Positions 13,207 to 25,969 of a stretch of DNA of 64,000 bases are shown here, piece by piece (position 1 is the first letter of the stretch; every line of letters starts with the position of its first letter). The notes under the pieces were generated by a model that did not search any database, was not told the origin of the DNA, and was given only the letters and a program-made list of their open reading frames with translations. This stretch comes from Paramecium tetraurelia. Its lineage: Eukaryota. The DNA lies in NCBI GenBank assembly GCA_000165425.1, contig CT868044.1, positions 62,001-126,000 on the forward strand, read 5' to 3'. A program made the translations under genes and the position numbers.

Positions 13207-16200
13207 TCAATTTTCATCATCATATGATTAATCTTCTTTCTTTTGATTTTGAAATGGATCAATTTTATAATTTTTATCATAATTAATTTTGGGGAGCAAA
13301 TCAGAATCTTAACTATCTCCGATAATATCTTGTTATTTAAATTACTAAATTATAGGGTTCAATATTACCTAAAGCAAATCTTTGACATTTTTCTTCAACA
13401 ATGGTTTGCTAGATAGTTTAATTTGTTCAGTGTTAAGTTTGTCAAAGATATTTTACTCTAGCACATTACCATTGAAAGGAATTGTATAAATTGAATGTTT
13501 AGACAAGATTTAGAACTCATCAGAAAATTGGCCAACCTTATCAGCTGATACCTGGATGAAGACTTCCCTCACTAATCCCAAAGAAATCTAAAAATAAGAT
13601 ATAACAGATATTTACCGGTCCCATTATTTTCATCAGTACTTTTATGTTGCTGTTTTAAGGTTATTTTAGGACAATTCTTTGGGTCATGATGTCCTCATTT
13701 TTTACATTGATTTTGTATTCATATCTTCCATTTTATCTAAGTTCTCCAAATTAAACAGAAACAGGATATATCAAGAGGTCTTTCTTGAGTCTATCATTTA
13801 TGTCTCCAGTGACCATCAGATTCTTTTTATCTATGAGTTCATCCAAATTGTTCTTCTTATCCAGAGTTCTAATTATGGTTTAATGCATGCCTTCATTTCT
13901 TATTTGATTGACAGGAGCAGCCTATTGATATACTCTAGTAGCCATGGAACTTATTTTGACACGATTATCTGTAGTTGCATCAGTTAAAATATATTTTTGA
14001 TTAAGTTCTAACTTTGGATTAGTCTTTAATAGACAGGGAACAAGTTTTTTATCCTTTCTTTCTTTTCCATAAACATCAATGTCTTTTCTTTTCTGCATTC
14101 TATATTTCAACGATTCATCATTTAATCTCTTTTATCTAATTTCATCATCAATTTCTGCCTATGTAAATACTGAAGGTTTTATGATGACTTTTGTGAGAAT
14201 ATCATTATACTAAGGTTGTGGGGGTTATTCTAAAGGAACAATGCCTTCTGGTTGCTGGTCAAATTACTCAATTAGCTATAATTATTATGGTTCTTCATTT
14301 ATTTAAACTACCTTTTATCTTTGTTTTTTTATGGGGGGGTCTTCAGGAGCTTATTTCAAATAATCGAGACCCTCACTGGTTTCAAAATAATGAATTGCAA
14401 ATCCCTTAACTTCTGTGAAAGGTTTGGATTACTTTTAGATTTAAACAGTCTATGCTTTTCTTGATAAATCAACAAACGCCTATTAAACAGTCTATTAAAC
14501 TCTAGCACTTTTGAGAAGAGTTTGTTCCAAGGGCTCAACTGAAGTAATCTATTGCTCTGGGATCTAAATTTTGCTCTTCGCTTAATCATATGATTCAGTT
14601 GAATAGTCAGTTCTTCTGCTTTCTAATATTTTCATTTAAATTGTAAATTCAATTTCTTTTTCCTCCTCTGACTTTTACAGTATTCCAAATTCATTCTAGG
14701 TTTTTAACATGTTCTTTTGCCAAATTTCAAATTTCTGTAAAGAAAGTTCATGATGAATTCTCTCTTCCTTTTCAAAAGGTGGATATTCCAGGAAATTACG
14801 AAAAGTAAACACCCTATGAGCAATAATGGTGGTCTTTTGTATGATTTTAGGCACTATATCCAAAGTCTGTGGAATCTTAACATCTATGAATTTCTTATTC
14901 TATTATTTCAACTCAGTAATGAAAGATATCGATTTGACATTATTAGGCATGTCTTCAGTTATTTTAGTGGTAAAAGCGTTTTCTGATTTTAATCTAAAGT
15001 AATCCTACAATTGTTATTAATTATAAAGTTCAATGCCTGTGTTGTCATTTCTGACCAAGAACAATCTAGGAGGAATCCATTACTTAGGAGTAGGTAGAAC
15101 TTTATTTTCTTCGTCTACAAATATGCCATCTGGAATTTAATCAGGAGTGTAAGGTTCCTAATTCTATGCTGCAGCTGTAGATAATTTAGTAACGACGTGA
15201 CCATCTTCGTCAATTTCGAAGTAGTTAGCTTCCTCATCCCTAGTGAAAATGCATTTTCTCTCCAAATCTACGGTATAGACCCCTGACTTTCTTTCATCAG
15301 GCAAAGAAAACAATTATACCCAATAATCAATGTCTTAACCTAACTGTCTTTTCTCACCTTTGTTATTTAATTTAACTCTCTCTTCTGCAGTGATAATAAC
15401 TACTTCTCCATCAGCAACACATTTGCTAACACCTCCATCTTAGGTATACAGAAGATGAATTCGATTAGTTTTGTATTATTTTGAATCTGGTATCTCGCAC
15501 TTCTCAAGATATGAAATCACCTTGCATCCTTGATAAAATGTCTCAACAATTCTGCCATCAAAGCTTCGGTCAATGATGTTATCGAAACCAACAGTTACAT
15601 TGTTTTTTCTCATGATAGTTCCAGAACGTTGCTTGGCTTTGTCAATGGTGACAACTACGCTTGCAAAATTTGGATGTTCCACTATGATTTTATCTCCTTT
15701 AATTAACATTATTGTTCCGTCTTAATGTTAAGTGTACTAGTAACCCTCTTTGTAGTATATAATTAGGGTTTGATCATCTCTAATGTAAACCTTGGATCCA
15801 CTTTCAGGATCTGTTCTAATTGCACATGGTATTTTATCTACTCCCTTTGGTGACTATCTATAACCTTTGTTATTAGTTGTAATCCACATATTATTTTTAT
15901 AATGTGAAACATTACCATTTGAATACAATATTATTATGGAACCATCCTTCTTATATATAATCACTGATCCCTGACCAGTGATAACTCTTTTAATTTCCTG
16001 CTCTGAATTGATATCTGTATTGTCATAGAGATTAAATTAGTGTTAGGATGATTCTTAGGCTTTTTGATAATGATATTATTAAACTACTTCTCCCATCTGT
16101 GTAAATCGTAAACATAAACCATTTTTAAAAGTCAAATTCATGATTTGATCTTGAACACTCATTCTTGATTCCTTGAATTATGCATAAAATCCACATTAAA

Positions 16201-18376
16201 TACCAAAGACAATATTCTCTTTGATCACTCTATATCGAAGTCGCTCTTCTTCTCCAACTGTGAACTTCGTAGCCAAAATTAATGAGTTATCTGTCGGATA
16301 CATAACTTTGCATCTCTCTGTAATTGCTCCTATCTTCTGATAGTCTATATCATAAAAGTAATCACTATTGAAATTCCTCACTTAAATGTAATATTCAAGA
16401 TTAGGCAGCACTCTCCATTCTGCCGACCATTTCTTCCTTAAAGTCCTTCCAGGAGGATTCTTATAATAGCAACATATCATAAGAGCATCGTCATCTGGCA
16501 AATATTTCATAATGACTTATGGATCATTCAACAGAGCTTCATAGAACTTCTACCTCAAGGTATTTCTATTGTGTCTCTCCATATAAATTCTATCACCAAA
16601 ATGCCATTCTTTTTCAGGTTCATTTTCCTTAAGCAACTCTTCAAATTGCAATAGTAATTATCTTCTCTCAAATTCATTGACATCAACATTAACAAATGGA
16701 TGCAATTTAGCCTTAATAGCTTTTCTCATTTTTTCAGATTTCTCTGGAATCTCAGGCATTCCCTATCTATCTATTCCTGGGTAACAAAGATTATCAAATA
16801 TCTTATGTTCTCTATCCACAACCAATTATTGATCATGCAATGAAGCAAAGTAAGCTCTCATTTCAATCCAATCACATTCATCTAATATCAATTGTTTAGG
16901 GGATTCTGTGACTTGCTCCTACTTCCTATTTTTTACTGATTCATTCCCCTAACCTTTCAAACCAGCCAAAATCCTGCTAACTTAATCTGAGTCATCTTAA
17001 TCCTCAAGACTGGGAGGAATTTAGGAGTTAGTCAAGTACGTGGATTCGGCTTGTAATTAATCCAACAAGCATTCTAATAGAGTTCCTGGTCCCACTTTCT
17101 ATAATTGGACATCTGATAATTATCTCTTATAATATTAAAGATGCAATTTAGTTTTCATCTTTAATTGTTAATCAATGGCATCCTGGATTTACTATTTTTT
17201 AAGTTCATTTAATCTTTGTTTCTCAGCTTCGGCCTGTCGTTCAGCTTCTAATTCAGCTTCATTCTTTTTGGGTTCCTTCTTGGCTCCCTTTTTATTTTTC
17301 TCAGCCAAGATAGCCTCTTCTGCTGCTTTCTACTGTTCTTCAGCCAATTGTGCTTCATGCTTGATTCGTTCAACTTCAAGATCGAAGGGATCCTTTGGAG
17401 CTTCTTTGTTAATTAATGGGATGGGTTTCTTATTGGCTATCCATTCGGCATATTATTGTTGGTCAATACTGAATTAACAAATTTCTTCGAAGATGGTTTC
17501 ATAGAATTGTTTAATGGTTTCTTCTTCAGCATCTAGATCCATATCCAAAATAAGTTCCTTGATAGTCAATTATCTTAATGGATCTGATGGTAGGGATGAG
17601 GCTCTGGCTGATTTAAATTCGTCAATAACACTTCTTTCGCTGGCAGCATAATTAAGTGACTCTTCTGAGTATTGACGTTTGATTGGAGGTGGTGGAACAA
17701 AATCTTCCATTCTTTTTTCGAAATCATCTTGGAATTCTTCAGGTTGTTCAATTTGATTTATATCAACCCCACCCCAATTTATTACTCTCTCCTTCACGTG
17801 TATAATTAATTCTATCTGCTCTTGAGGTACTTGGGGAAAACCTTGGACAATGAAAACCAAATCGAAATTCTTGGGGTACTCTTTCTCTGGAACAACCTTT
17901 TCTGGCTCTACAATTGGTGCAACTGCTGGAGGTTCTTTGGCTCCTTTTTTGGTATCTTTCTTGTCGTCTTTCTTGGGAGGAGCAGCTTTTTCAGCAGCTT
18001 AAGCTTGGGCAGCCAAATATTTAGCTTTTCTAACAGCAAGGACTTGATCTTGAATGAACAACTGAAATGCTTTATTCATAACTTCAGATGTAAGTTCAGT
18101 TGCAACTTCAGCCATGAATTTGGGATCCTAAATATTGAACTAGTTTACCTTCTTCTACTTGTCAGTCAAGGTGGCAGGATCGACATACAATTATTTTTCT
18201 TTGCAAAACGCTAGAATCTCATCTCTTTGAATATTCTTTTAAAATGATTTGCAAGTTTTAAGCAAATTGAGTAGTTTGGTTGCTCGTGATTTGGCTGCTT
18301 CAATTCTAATACTGACACACAGATGCTTGAGAGGAGGCAGGGCATTCAAATCGATTTCCTCTTTTTTGGGTGGCAT
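13207..18376 (-). CDS. SPAG17: SPAG17/PF6-like ciliary central-pair C1a protein
   Basis: About 1700-aa ORF from MPPKKEEIDL...; PKKDDKKDTKKGAK patches; DPESGSKVYIREDDQTLIIYYKEG..HQDGT; IVEHPNFASV; C-terminal Ig/PapD-like segment; recognised from remembered family features. Confidence 0.8.
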
Positions 18377-18399
18377 AATTTAATTATTTTTATATATGT

Positions 18400-19313
18400 T
18401 CACTTCTTTTTCTTGATCTCTTGTTCCTCATTGTCATGATAGAATACAATAACCCATTTGTCTTCAGCAGTATTACAAATGGCCAATCTAACAATTCTCG
18501 TGTTTTCTTGCACTTACACTTCAGCCACTTGACCTACTCCACTGAATTAAGCAGCTAAAATGTTTTGAGGATCCAGAATCTTAGCAGCAGTATTGGATCG
18601 AGGTATGTTCAAAGAACCTGCAGATAAGAATTTGATTCCAGCTTCCCATTTTTCAGGAGGACGATCCGCAAATTGTGGATAAGGTTCCTTTACATATAAT
18701 TTGATATCCTCAGTTGTTGCAAAGAATGGAGTCATATTATCCTTCATGGTTTTCTTATCTGAATGTGCATATGCATCTACAAAACGAGTGAAGAAATGGG
18801 ATGCATTTTCCCTGACTTCTGCTTCTTTCTTGTTTAGCATCTTCTCCATCTTCAGTTATTTCTGCATTTTCGATTGATAAATTCCTTCCACAAATTCTCC
18901 TTCCCATCTATTGCCTTCCTTATCAATAAACACTCCTTCTCCATGCATTTTATGATTTACCCACTCCCCTTCATATGTGCAACCTTCGGGAAATTGATAA
19001 AATCCAATGCCATTATGGCGATTATCTCGAAACTGTCCTCTATAAGTTGCACCTGATTTGTATATGTAGACACCTTCTCCACACATTTAATCATTCTCGA
19101 ATTCTCCATTGTACTCCTCCTTCAAATCGTTGTCTGTAGACAATGAACCTTTTAATCATTCCTTTATTTCATACTTGCTATCACTATCCTTCCCTTACCA
19201 TGTTTCACTTTCTTACCTTCTATCAATTTCCATTATCCTTCGTACACGGTACCATCTTAATATTCGAATCTCCCCACTCCTTCTGTCTGGATAGCCGCTT
19301 CCACTACAGCCAT
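18400..19313 (-). CDS. MORN2: MORN-repeat protein, MORN2/FAP227-like, with C-terminal extension
   Basis: MAVVEAAIQTEGVGRFEYQDGTVYEGQW...MCGEGVYIYKSGATYRGQFRDNRHNGIGFYQFPEGCTYEGEWVNHKMHGEGVFIDKEGNRWEGEF; one 26-nt intron. Confidence 0.8.
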
Positions 19314-19414
19314 TTTATATATATATATACTTAAATTACAAATTAAAACCGGACATTTAGGAGTGTCTTAACTCCCCATTGACACACATTCACTCATTTT
19401 AATTTATATTTTAC

Positions 19415-19837
19415 ATGTCCACTTCCCCTTTGTCTGTGTCCGAATAGGAAGAATATATGGTCGAGGCTATCACCAATAAAAGATTCAAGAATGGTCGAGC
19501 GGAATATGAAATCAAATGGTAAGGTTACTCTGACAACGAAAAAACATGGGAACCCATTGAGAATCTGCAAACTGTTATGACTTATGTGTTGGAATTCGAA
19601 TAATCTCTCAAAGCCAGCGGAGAGGGTTCTTATGATGAAGGGGATTCAGCAGATGAGATTATCTAGATTAGAAAAGACAACGATGGTCAAAATTTGTTAT
19701 TCCAAGTGTCCTGGAAACAAAAGAATCGTCGAGCCCCTGCAGTTTCATGGATCAATTAGAGTTCTCTAAAAATGCACAACCCAGAAATTCTAATTGATTA
19801 TTTATTGAAGAAGATCAAATGGCCAAACAGTAAATGA
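19415..19837 (+). CDS. HP1-like protein (chromodomain plus chromoshadow-like domain)
   Basis: [40 protein letters not shown] with intact aromatic cage; C-terminal ADEII..LLFQVSWK..HNPEILIDYLLKKIKW; intronless, 140 aa. Confidence 0.9.
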
Positions 19838-19989
19838 TTATTTACATACATATATATATCCACACTTGTAGTTATATACAAATGTAAATAATCGAGATTA
19901 ATAATAAGCATTTCCTTACTGAATCCTAAATGAAGAATAACGATCAAGATGTGAGCCTAAATAATTTCACCCACACTCCATATTTTAGA

Positions 19990-20415
19990 TCACAGATTGT
20001 AATCTTATTTGTGCACCACTTCGCTTCCAATTATGCTTATGATTTCCAATCTTGAACTTCTTTGTCCATATTTTCTAGTGTATCCACACATTCTCTCACC
20101 GCATTTCCTTTTCGCCTTCCTCTTCTATCTCTGGTGAAATATTATGGTCTTCGCTGTTGCGTATTTAATACCTAATTTTAGAGCAGCCTAAACAACTCAT
20201 TAACTTCGATTGCATACATCCTTTATTTTCATCCCCTGCTTCTACACCATACAATAGAGCTATTGTTTGGTGTCTTACTTGATCTTCATGTACTTCTTGC
20301 CCCTTCCTTGAAAGATTTGGTGGCATTGAGCATTTCTTATAGCACTCTGAGATCCCTTTATGTCATTCTCGAACTCTGAAACTAATCTACTGTCCATCTT
20401 CTACAATTAGGTCAT
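19990..20415 (-). CDS. Small HTH-like putative DNA-binding protein, ciliate family
   Basis: KYMKIKQDTKQQLYCMVQKQGMKIKD|AALKLGIKYATAKTIIFHQRQK; intron 20188-20217; start uncertain. Confidence 0.7.
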
Positions 20416-21134
20416 CTATTCTTAATTTGCTTAAAATAAATTATTGACATCCTTTCGATCTCATAAATCGAATTTAAATTAGCAGATAAATTTAGAAACA
20501 CCATATTTTCTCGGTTTACTCCCCAGTACCAAAACTGTGAGTCATACCCAAAAACATCTATTTATCAAAACACTCTTAGATTCCAAATCCTATCTTAGAA
20601 ACGCTAGTAAAATAGATAAAAGTTGTTAAATTTCTGTTTCTCTACTGGACCCATTTGATTTTAGATGTCAAATGCAGTTCTTTCAACTTGCAATATCTAT
20701 CATTTTAGTAAGGATTGAATTTAGAATGAAAATTAAGAACAGATGGATGTCAAAAACCTACTTTAAAATCTATTTAGCCAAATATTCTTAACAATGTTAT
20801 TAAATTACACACATATATTTTTATATTAAAATTTAATTATTTAATTAACACATTAAAATTATTTACTTAGGCTTCAAATTATTAATTTCACTTTCTTCAA
20901 GATCATCTCCCAACTTGAAACCCATCGCCTTCTACCTTTAACTCGATGCTATTGAGCTTGAACCCTACTAGATTCAGGTTTTCGGAAATTTTTCAAATAC
21001 AAATATGAATTTGATATTTTAATTACCTAACCATCTCATTGTAATCAATAAAATATCAACTTTAAAAATGTCATTCAAATAATAGACCCTCATTTTTATA
21101 ATAAACACTTTATAAATAATATATATAATATAAA

Positions 21135-21595
21135 ATGAAGATGAAATAATTCCTTGAGTGTGAATATGCACTCTCAAATCGCATTAAATGTGCAACTTGC
21201 CATGTGGTCATTTTTAAGAATGAATTAAAGATTGGACATGTTTACTTAAAAAAAGATGAAGGTATTAATTGAAATTCAATTGAAATTAGGACAATAATTT
21301 GATAAGAAGGTTTGGTATCATCTGCATTGCATTAAAAAATGGCCAACTGGAGAAAAGGGCTAGGAATTGCCACTCTTTAGATTGCAAACAATAAAGTTGG
21401 AAGATCAACTGAAGATAAAGGATTTATACAGGTCCTTATAAGACAAGCCAAAAAGTAATCATTTTCTACTAATTTAAAGATAAAAAGGAGATCAAGGTCT
21501 TATCAAAATAAGAATAATATGAGAAGTATGTAACTGTAAAGAATTTAAATGATCCAGGCTAAATTGATGAAGACGATGATTGTATAATGCTTTGA
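21135..21595 (+). CDS. Stand-alone PARP-type zinc finger protein
   Basis: CEYALSNRIKCATCHVVIFKNELKIG...VWYHLHCI (Cx2C..Hx2C); 2 introns. Confidence 0.85.
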
Positions 21596-22052
21596 TACAA
21601 ATATTTTCAGGATATTATTATTATAAATTTTATAATGAAAATTAATTCAATAACATCTCTTACCTTTTTAAATGATTCTATACACAATAGAACTTTAAAA
21701 AATATTTGAATCATTTATTAATCTGTATAATACAAAAAATTAAATAGTCTTTTTAAATATTTGGATGATTTTGAACTACGATATATTATTCTATATAGGA
21801 GTCCAAGAATTCATTAATTTTATACATTAGAGTGGATGCATTTCAAATTTATAGGAAGTGTATTAAGGTTTTGTTTAAAAATTAAATTCGAAAGCTTGGA
21901 AAATGAAGTTTGTTCATATTATTATTCATTATTATTTCCTATAAATTTATAATTTAATTTATTATAATATATAACTTTAATTATAAATGTTTGACTCTTT
22001 TGATTTTTTTAGGAATTAGAAAATCGATTAATAGGAAAATAAACATAATACA

Positions 22053-23758
22053 TCAAATTACAAAGAATAAGTTAATTTTCTTCATTAGTTGTTTATCCCA
22101 CTTCTCCAATAATTTTAAAAAGTCTCTGCATTTTTCTTGGACCACAATATCCGAACACATGGTTCCTATTCCTAATGTATTCAAATCATAATTGGATTCA
22201 GTAAACAACTTAGATATTCAATGGATATAAATACTTTAAAAAATTCTTTAAATTAATGTTCTGTCTTTAGACAATCCAGAAGGGTCTCATACATTTGCAA
22301 TAACTCAATGTCTTCCATACTTTTTTATAATTTCATCATTGCTAAGATATTAAGCAATTATGCATATTGTTATTCATTAAATAACTCCTTAATTTTCATT
22401 CTCCTATACCCCTTGAATTGTAGGGTTTGAGGCTACATGTTAATGTAATTATTTACTAAATTTCCAATGATTGAGGAGGTGTACTTCTAGAGTATGGACC
22501 TAACTTATAATTCATTAATGTGGGAGACTTGGATGAGATTTATTAGATTTTAAAAGAAATCTATATCGTTTTCATTGTTAATAAACAATGATTGTTCAGT
22601 TTTGGATTCGATTATCTTTCCAGCATTGACATCGCATAAGATATCCCACCATTCTCTGCGATATTCAAAAATTGGATTCGAAACTATGGAGATCCAAGAA
22701 TTCTATTACTCCCATCCTTTATCGAGTAAGGACTTGTAACCCTGAATGTTCTGAATGATATTCAAAGGGGAGACAAGGAAGCATAAGCTCAAAACAAGGT
22801 TGCAGACATTAGAGTACTTTTGATATATAGTCACTTTTTACCATATTATCTCCAATCTATTTTTCTTGGTTGCTGCATTCATGACAAAGGAAGATGATTC
22901 TCTTCTATTATAGAAGAGCCCTATAGAGAATTCGAACCTTCATATTGAACTTTTCAAATAATTCCAGCAATGAGGCATTGATTGTTAGTCCATCTGCTCT
23001 TTTAGGATACAAATTGCCTAATTCTTTGGAAGAGTAATCCAAAAGGGAATGGGAAAACTTGTAATACGGCAAATCTCCTGAGAGGTCATTGAATCCCTTC
23101 TGCAGTATTTTTTCAATAGCTTATGGATTACTGTCAGCATCATTCACCCAATGATCAAGACCAACTTAGTCGAAATACTATTCCAAGCATTTCTGAATCT
23201 TTTAATCGCAAATTCCTAAGAAAAGTAGATCGGATGAACAGACAGCAATGGATCTAATCAAAGAGCCTCTTTTAATGGTGGCATCCTTCTTATTTCTGAG
23301 ACAAGCTAGATAATAATCCTAAGTAAATTTCCCTTTGATGCCGTATATCAGATCGGGATTCAAGGTAATCGACACGAAGTCATGAGAAATAACATGGATT
23401 TGAGCATTAGACAAATTGATGTCCAACCATTCAGATTCTTTCTCTCCTCTAATTTTGAGCACATTATCATCCGAATAACTGAGTGTTTGATTTGAACTCT
23501 GCAATAATGGTTTCCATTGATAATCAAAATGATATGTCTGCACCTATCCAGAAACGAATCGAACATTGCCAATCCTAAAAAAGAATTTATCCTATTTGAT
23601 TTTGTGGACTCCATCAGGGATCATGTAGGATGCCAACTCATGAAATCCCGAATCACCTGTTTGTGGATAAGATGCAGTAATTACACATCCTAATAGAAAT
23701 CAATGGATGTGTTTATACCTTTGACCAAGAATTCAGCAGCAAATAAAGCTTTAATCAT
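22053..23758 (-). CDS. Afi1/MesA-like protein (Afi1 plus SPA domain, DENN-related)
   Basis: AEFLVKG..YP...LASYMIPDGVH, KKDATIKRGSLIRSIAV, LYRALLQQRRIIFL, VSNPIFEYRREWWDILCDVNAGKI. Confidence 0.75.
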
Positions 23759-23804
23759 AAAGGTAATTAATTATAAAATACAATTCTAATTGCAAATGTC
23801 AAAA

Positions 23805-24581
23805 TCAACAGCATTGCTTCTTTGCATGATGATTGTCTTAAGTATGATTGGATTACAATTGAATTGGTTTTGAAGGCAATTGTGACACCTCTGAAATTGG
23901 CTGATCACTTCTGCTTGTGTTCTATTTCGAACTCGCCGGAGTCTTCTTTGTTGTTTTTATAGAATTTTTAAAGGAATCACTCGTGAACATCCTCATTATC
24001 ACTAATTTCACAGCCTCCACAAAAGCCTTGAGACATATATCAAAATGTTTACTTTTTCTACATTCTCCCCAGTCTTCGCAGATGTCTCAAAAAACAAACT
24101 AAAATTGTTCGCATTCATGAATTTCTCAGCCTCCTACTTTTGAACACAGCGTTCCATATCTGATTTATTCCCCACAAGAATTTTGACAATCTCCTCATGA
24201 GCACTCTCGTGCAACTCACTTAACCATTCTTGCAACTTCTCAAATGAGTCTCTTTAATTGATACTGTATAACACAAAAACTGCCGCAGCTCCACGATAAA
24301 AACTCTTGATCATGCTTCTAAATTATTCTTATCCTGCCTAATCAATCGCTCAAAACTTATACAGTATCCCATATTTATAGCTCCACTCTCCGCTTATCGA
24401 CTATGACCAACTTCTTAATAAATTCCACACCAATTGTTGCTCTATTCATCCCTTCAAGAAAATTGGCCATCCGAATATTATTTAACAAAACTACTCTTGC
24501 CAACAGCTAAGTCTGACATATCCTATTACATTGATCACCAACAACAATAAACTTGAACATAGGCAAACTATCCTTACTCAT
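23805..24581 (-). CDS. Rab-family small GTPase
   Basis: FKFIVVGDQSVGKS, ATIGVEF, WDT|AGQE, FYRGA, GNKSD, FFETSAK, C-terminal CC*; 3 introns. Confidence 0.95.
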
Positions 24582-24878
24582 CCCTAAATTCTATAAATAA
24601 TTATATTTATATTCTAAATCAACTTAATCTTCACAATTCTACCTTCATCTATATACAAGCATCCATCACCCCTGTTATCTTATGTTCAAGATATAAATTG
24701 TTCTGCAAAAACACCCACTCGCATTGCACATATCAGAAAGCGTAGTTTGTTAATGCAAAATTATACTAACACCTTTGTGTCTCTCAAATAATTCTAGCTC
24801 AATTAAAATAACCCATATTTAAGGGGATAGTGAATATCAATGAATAAATTTTATAATTCTTTTGTGATATTATAAAAT

Positions 24879-25775
24879 TCAAAATAATCTGCTGCAATGT
24901 ATCTCAGAACATCTGCAATTAAATTATGATAAGATTTCATAACAATTCTTGAATTCCGCAACATTGATATTTGCAGTTTCTATGAGTCTTATTATCTACT
25001 AAAATAGAAATATTATTTTACATCATTTAAAAAGTTATTCTACCCTTGCAGATCTCGATAATAACCATTAACCTATTCAAAGTCAATGATCGCAATTCCT
25101 AATACAGTGGTAACCAAAATGAGCCAATTTTATTGCATCAATTAGTAACTGCGAAAACTCAATTTTAGAATTTTTAAGGCTGTTTCTTAAACTTATAAGG
25201 TTTAATAACTAGGGTAAAATGACATATAACTACTTTTAGGATGAGCCATACATAGCGTAGGAGAGGTTTTACAAGTAATCGTAACAAGTTGGAAATTCAG
25301 TATTATAATCCAGAGTTTTTAGTATTATAAAATAAAATTCTTTGATTTCATCTATTGTGAATTTCTCATGACAGATTGTTACCTAAATAGTTTCCATATC
25401 TAAAGGACAGTCGTTCTTAATCTTTGAGGCCATGTAGATGCAAGTGGCACCTATCAGATGAACATCCTTATCAGAGTATGATACTTAAGTTCTTTTGAGG
25501 AATATGTCCATCAAATGTATGGCCCTGGAGATCAATACATCATTATTTTAGTTCTCATAAATGGTGTCAAATACGTAAATTATCCATTTAACCATTAATG
25601 CTCTCCTTTGTTATGAGATACTGTGATTGATCAAGAAATCATTCAAGTCTATCTAATTATGGAACAATTCTTATTGGAAATTTGGAGCAAACTGAACATG
25701 AGCCTCTGTTTATTCTTGCTCGAAATAGTATTCTAATTCGAATTCGTAATCTTAATCTTATTCTTAAGTATCCAT
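24879..25775 (-). CDS. Divergent cyclin (A/B-like cyclin box)
   Basis: ISQQRRALMVKWIIYV...AIHLMDIFL..VHLIGATCIYMASKI...ILKTLDYNTEFPTCYDYL; 3' end depends on introns. Confidence 0.82.
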
Positions 25776-25969
25776 TTAATGAGAGTATTGATAAAGAAAT
25801 ATCTTTGGCTTTAAACCAATTGACTGCAAAATTGACTGCCAAAATACCCAAAATTATATCAGTCAGAGATTAAGAAATAAATTTTATTATAGTTTATTTA
25901 CTATTTATTATAAAATTTATAATGTAAAAATTAAATCGATTCCATAAAATGATTGTATTAATAAAATAA

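Noticed and set aside
19314..19397. In-frame upstream ATG extending the MORN gene by 28 aa
   Set aside because: The extension crosses a TA-repeat, UTR-like stretch; ATG 19313 has the typical A-rich context.
24620..24835. Coding-like + strand segment (..TPTRIAHIRKRSLL..)
   Set aside because: It has no in-frame ATG near its 5' end, is short and has no recognisable domain.
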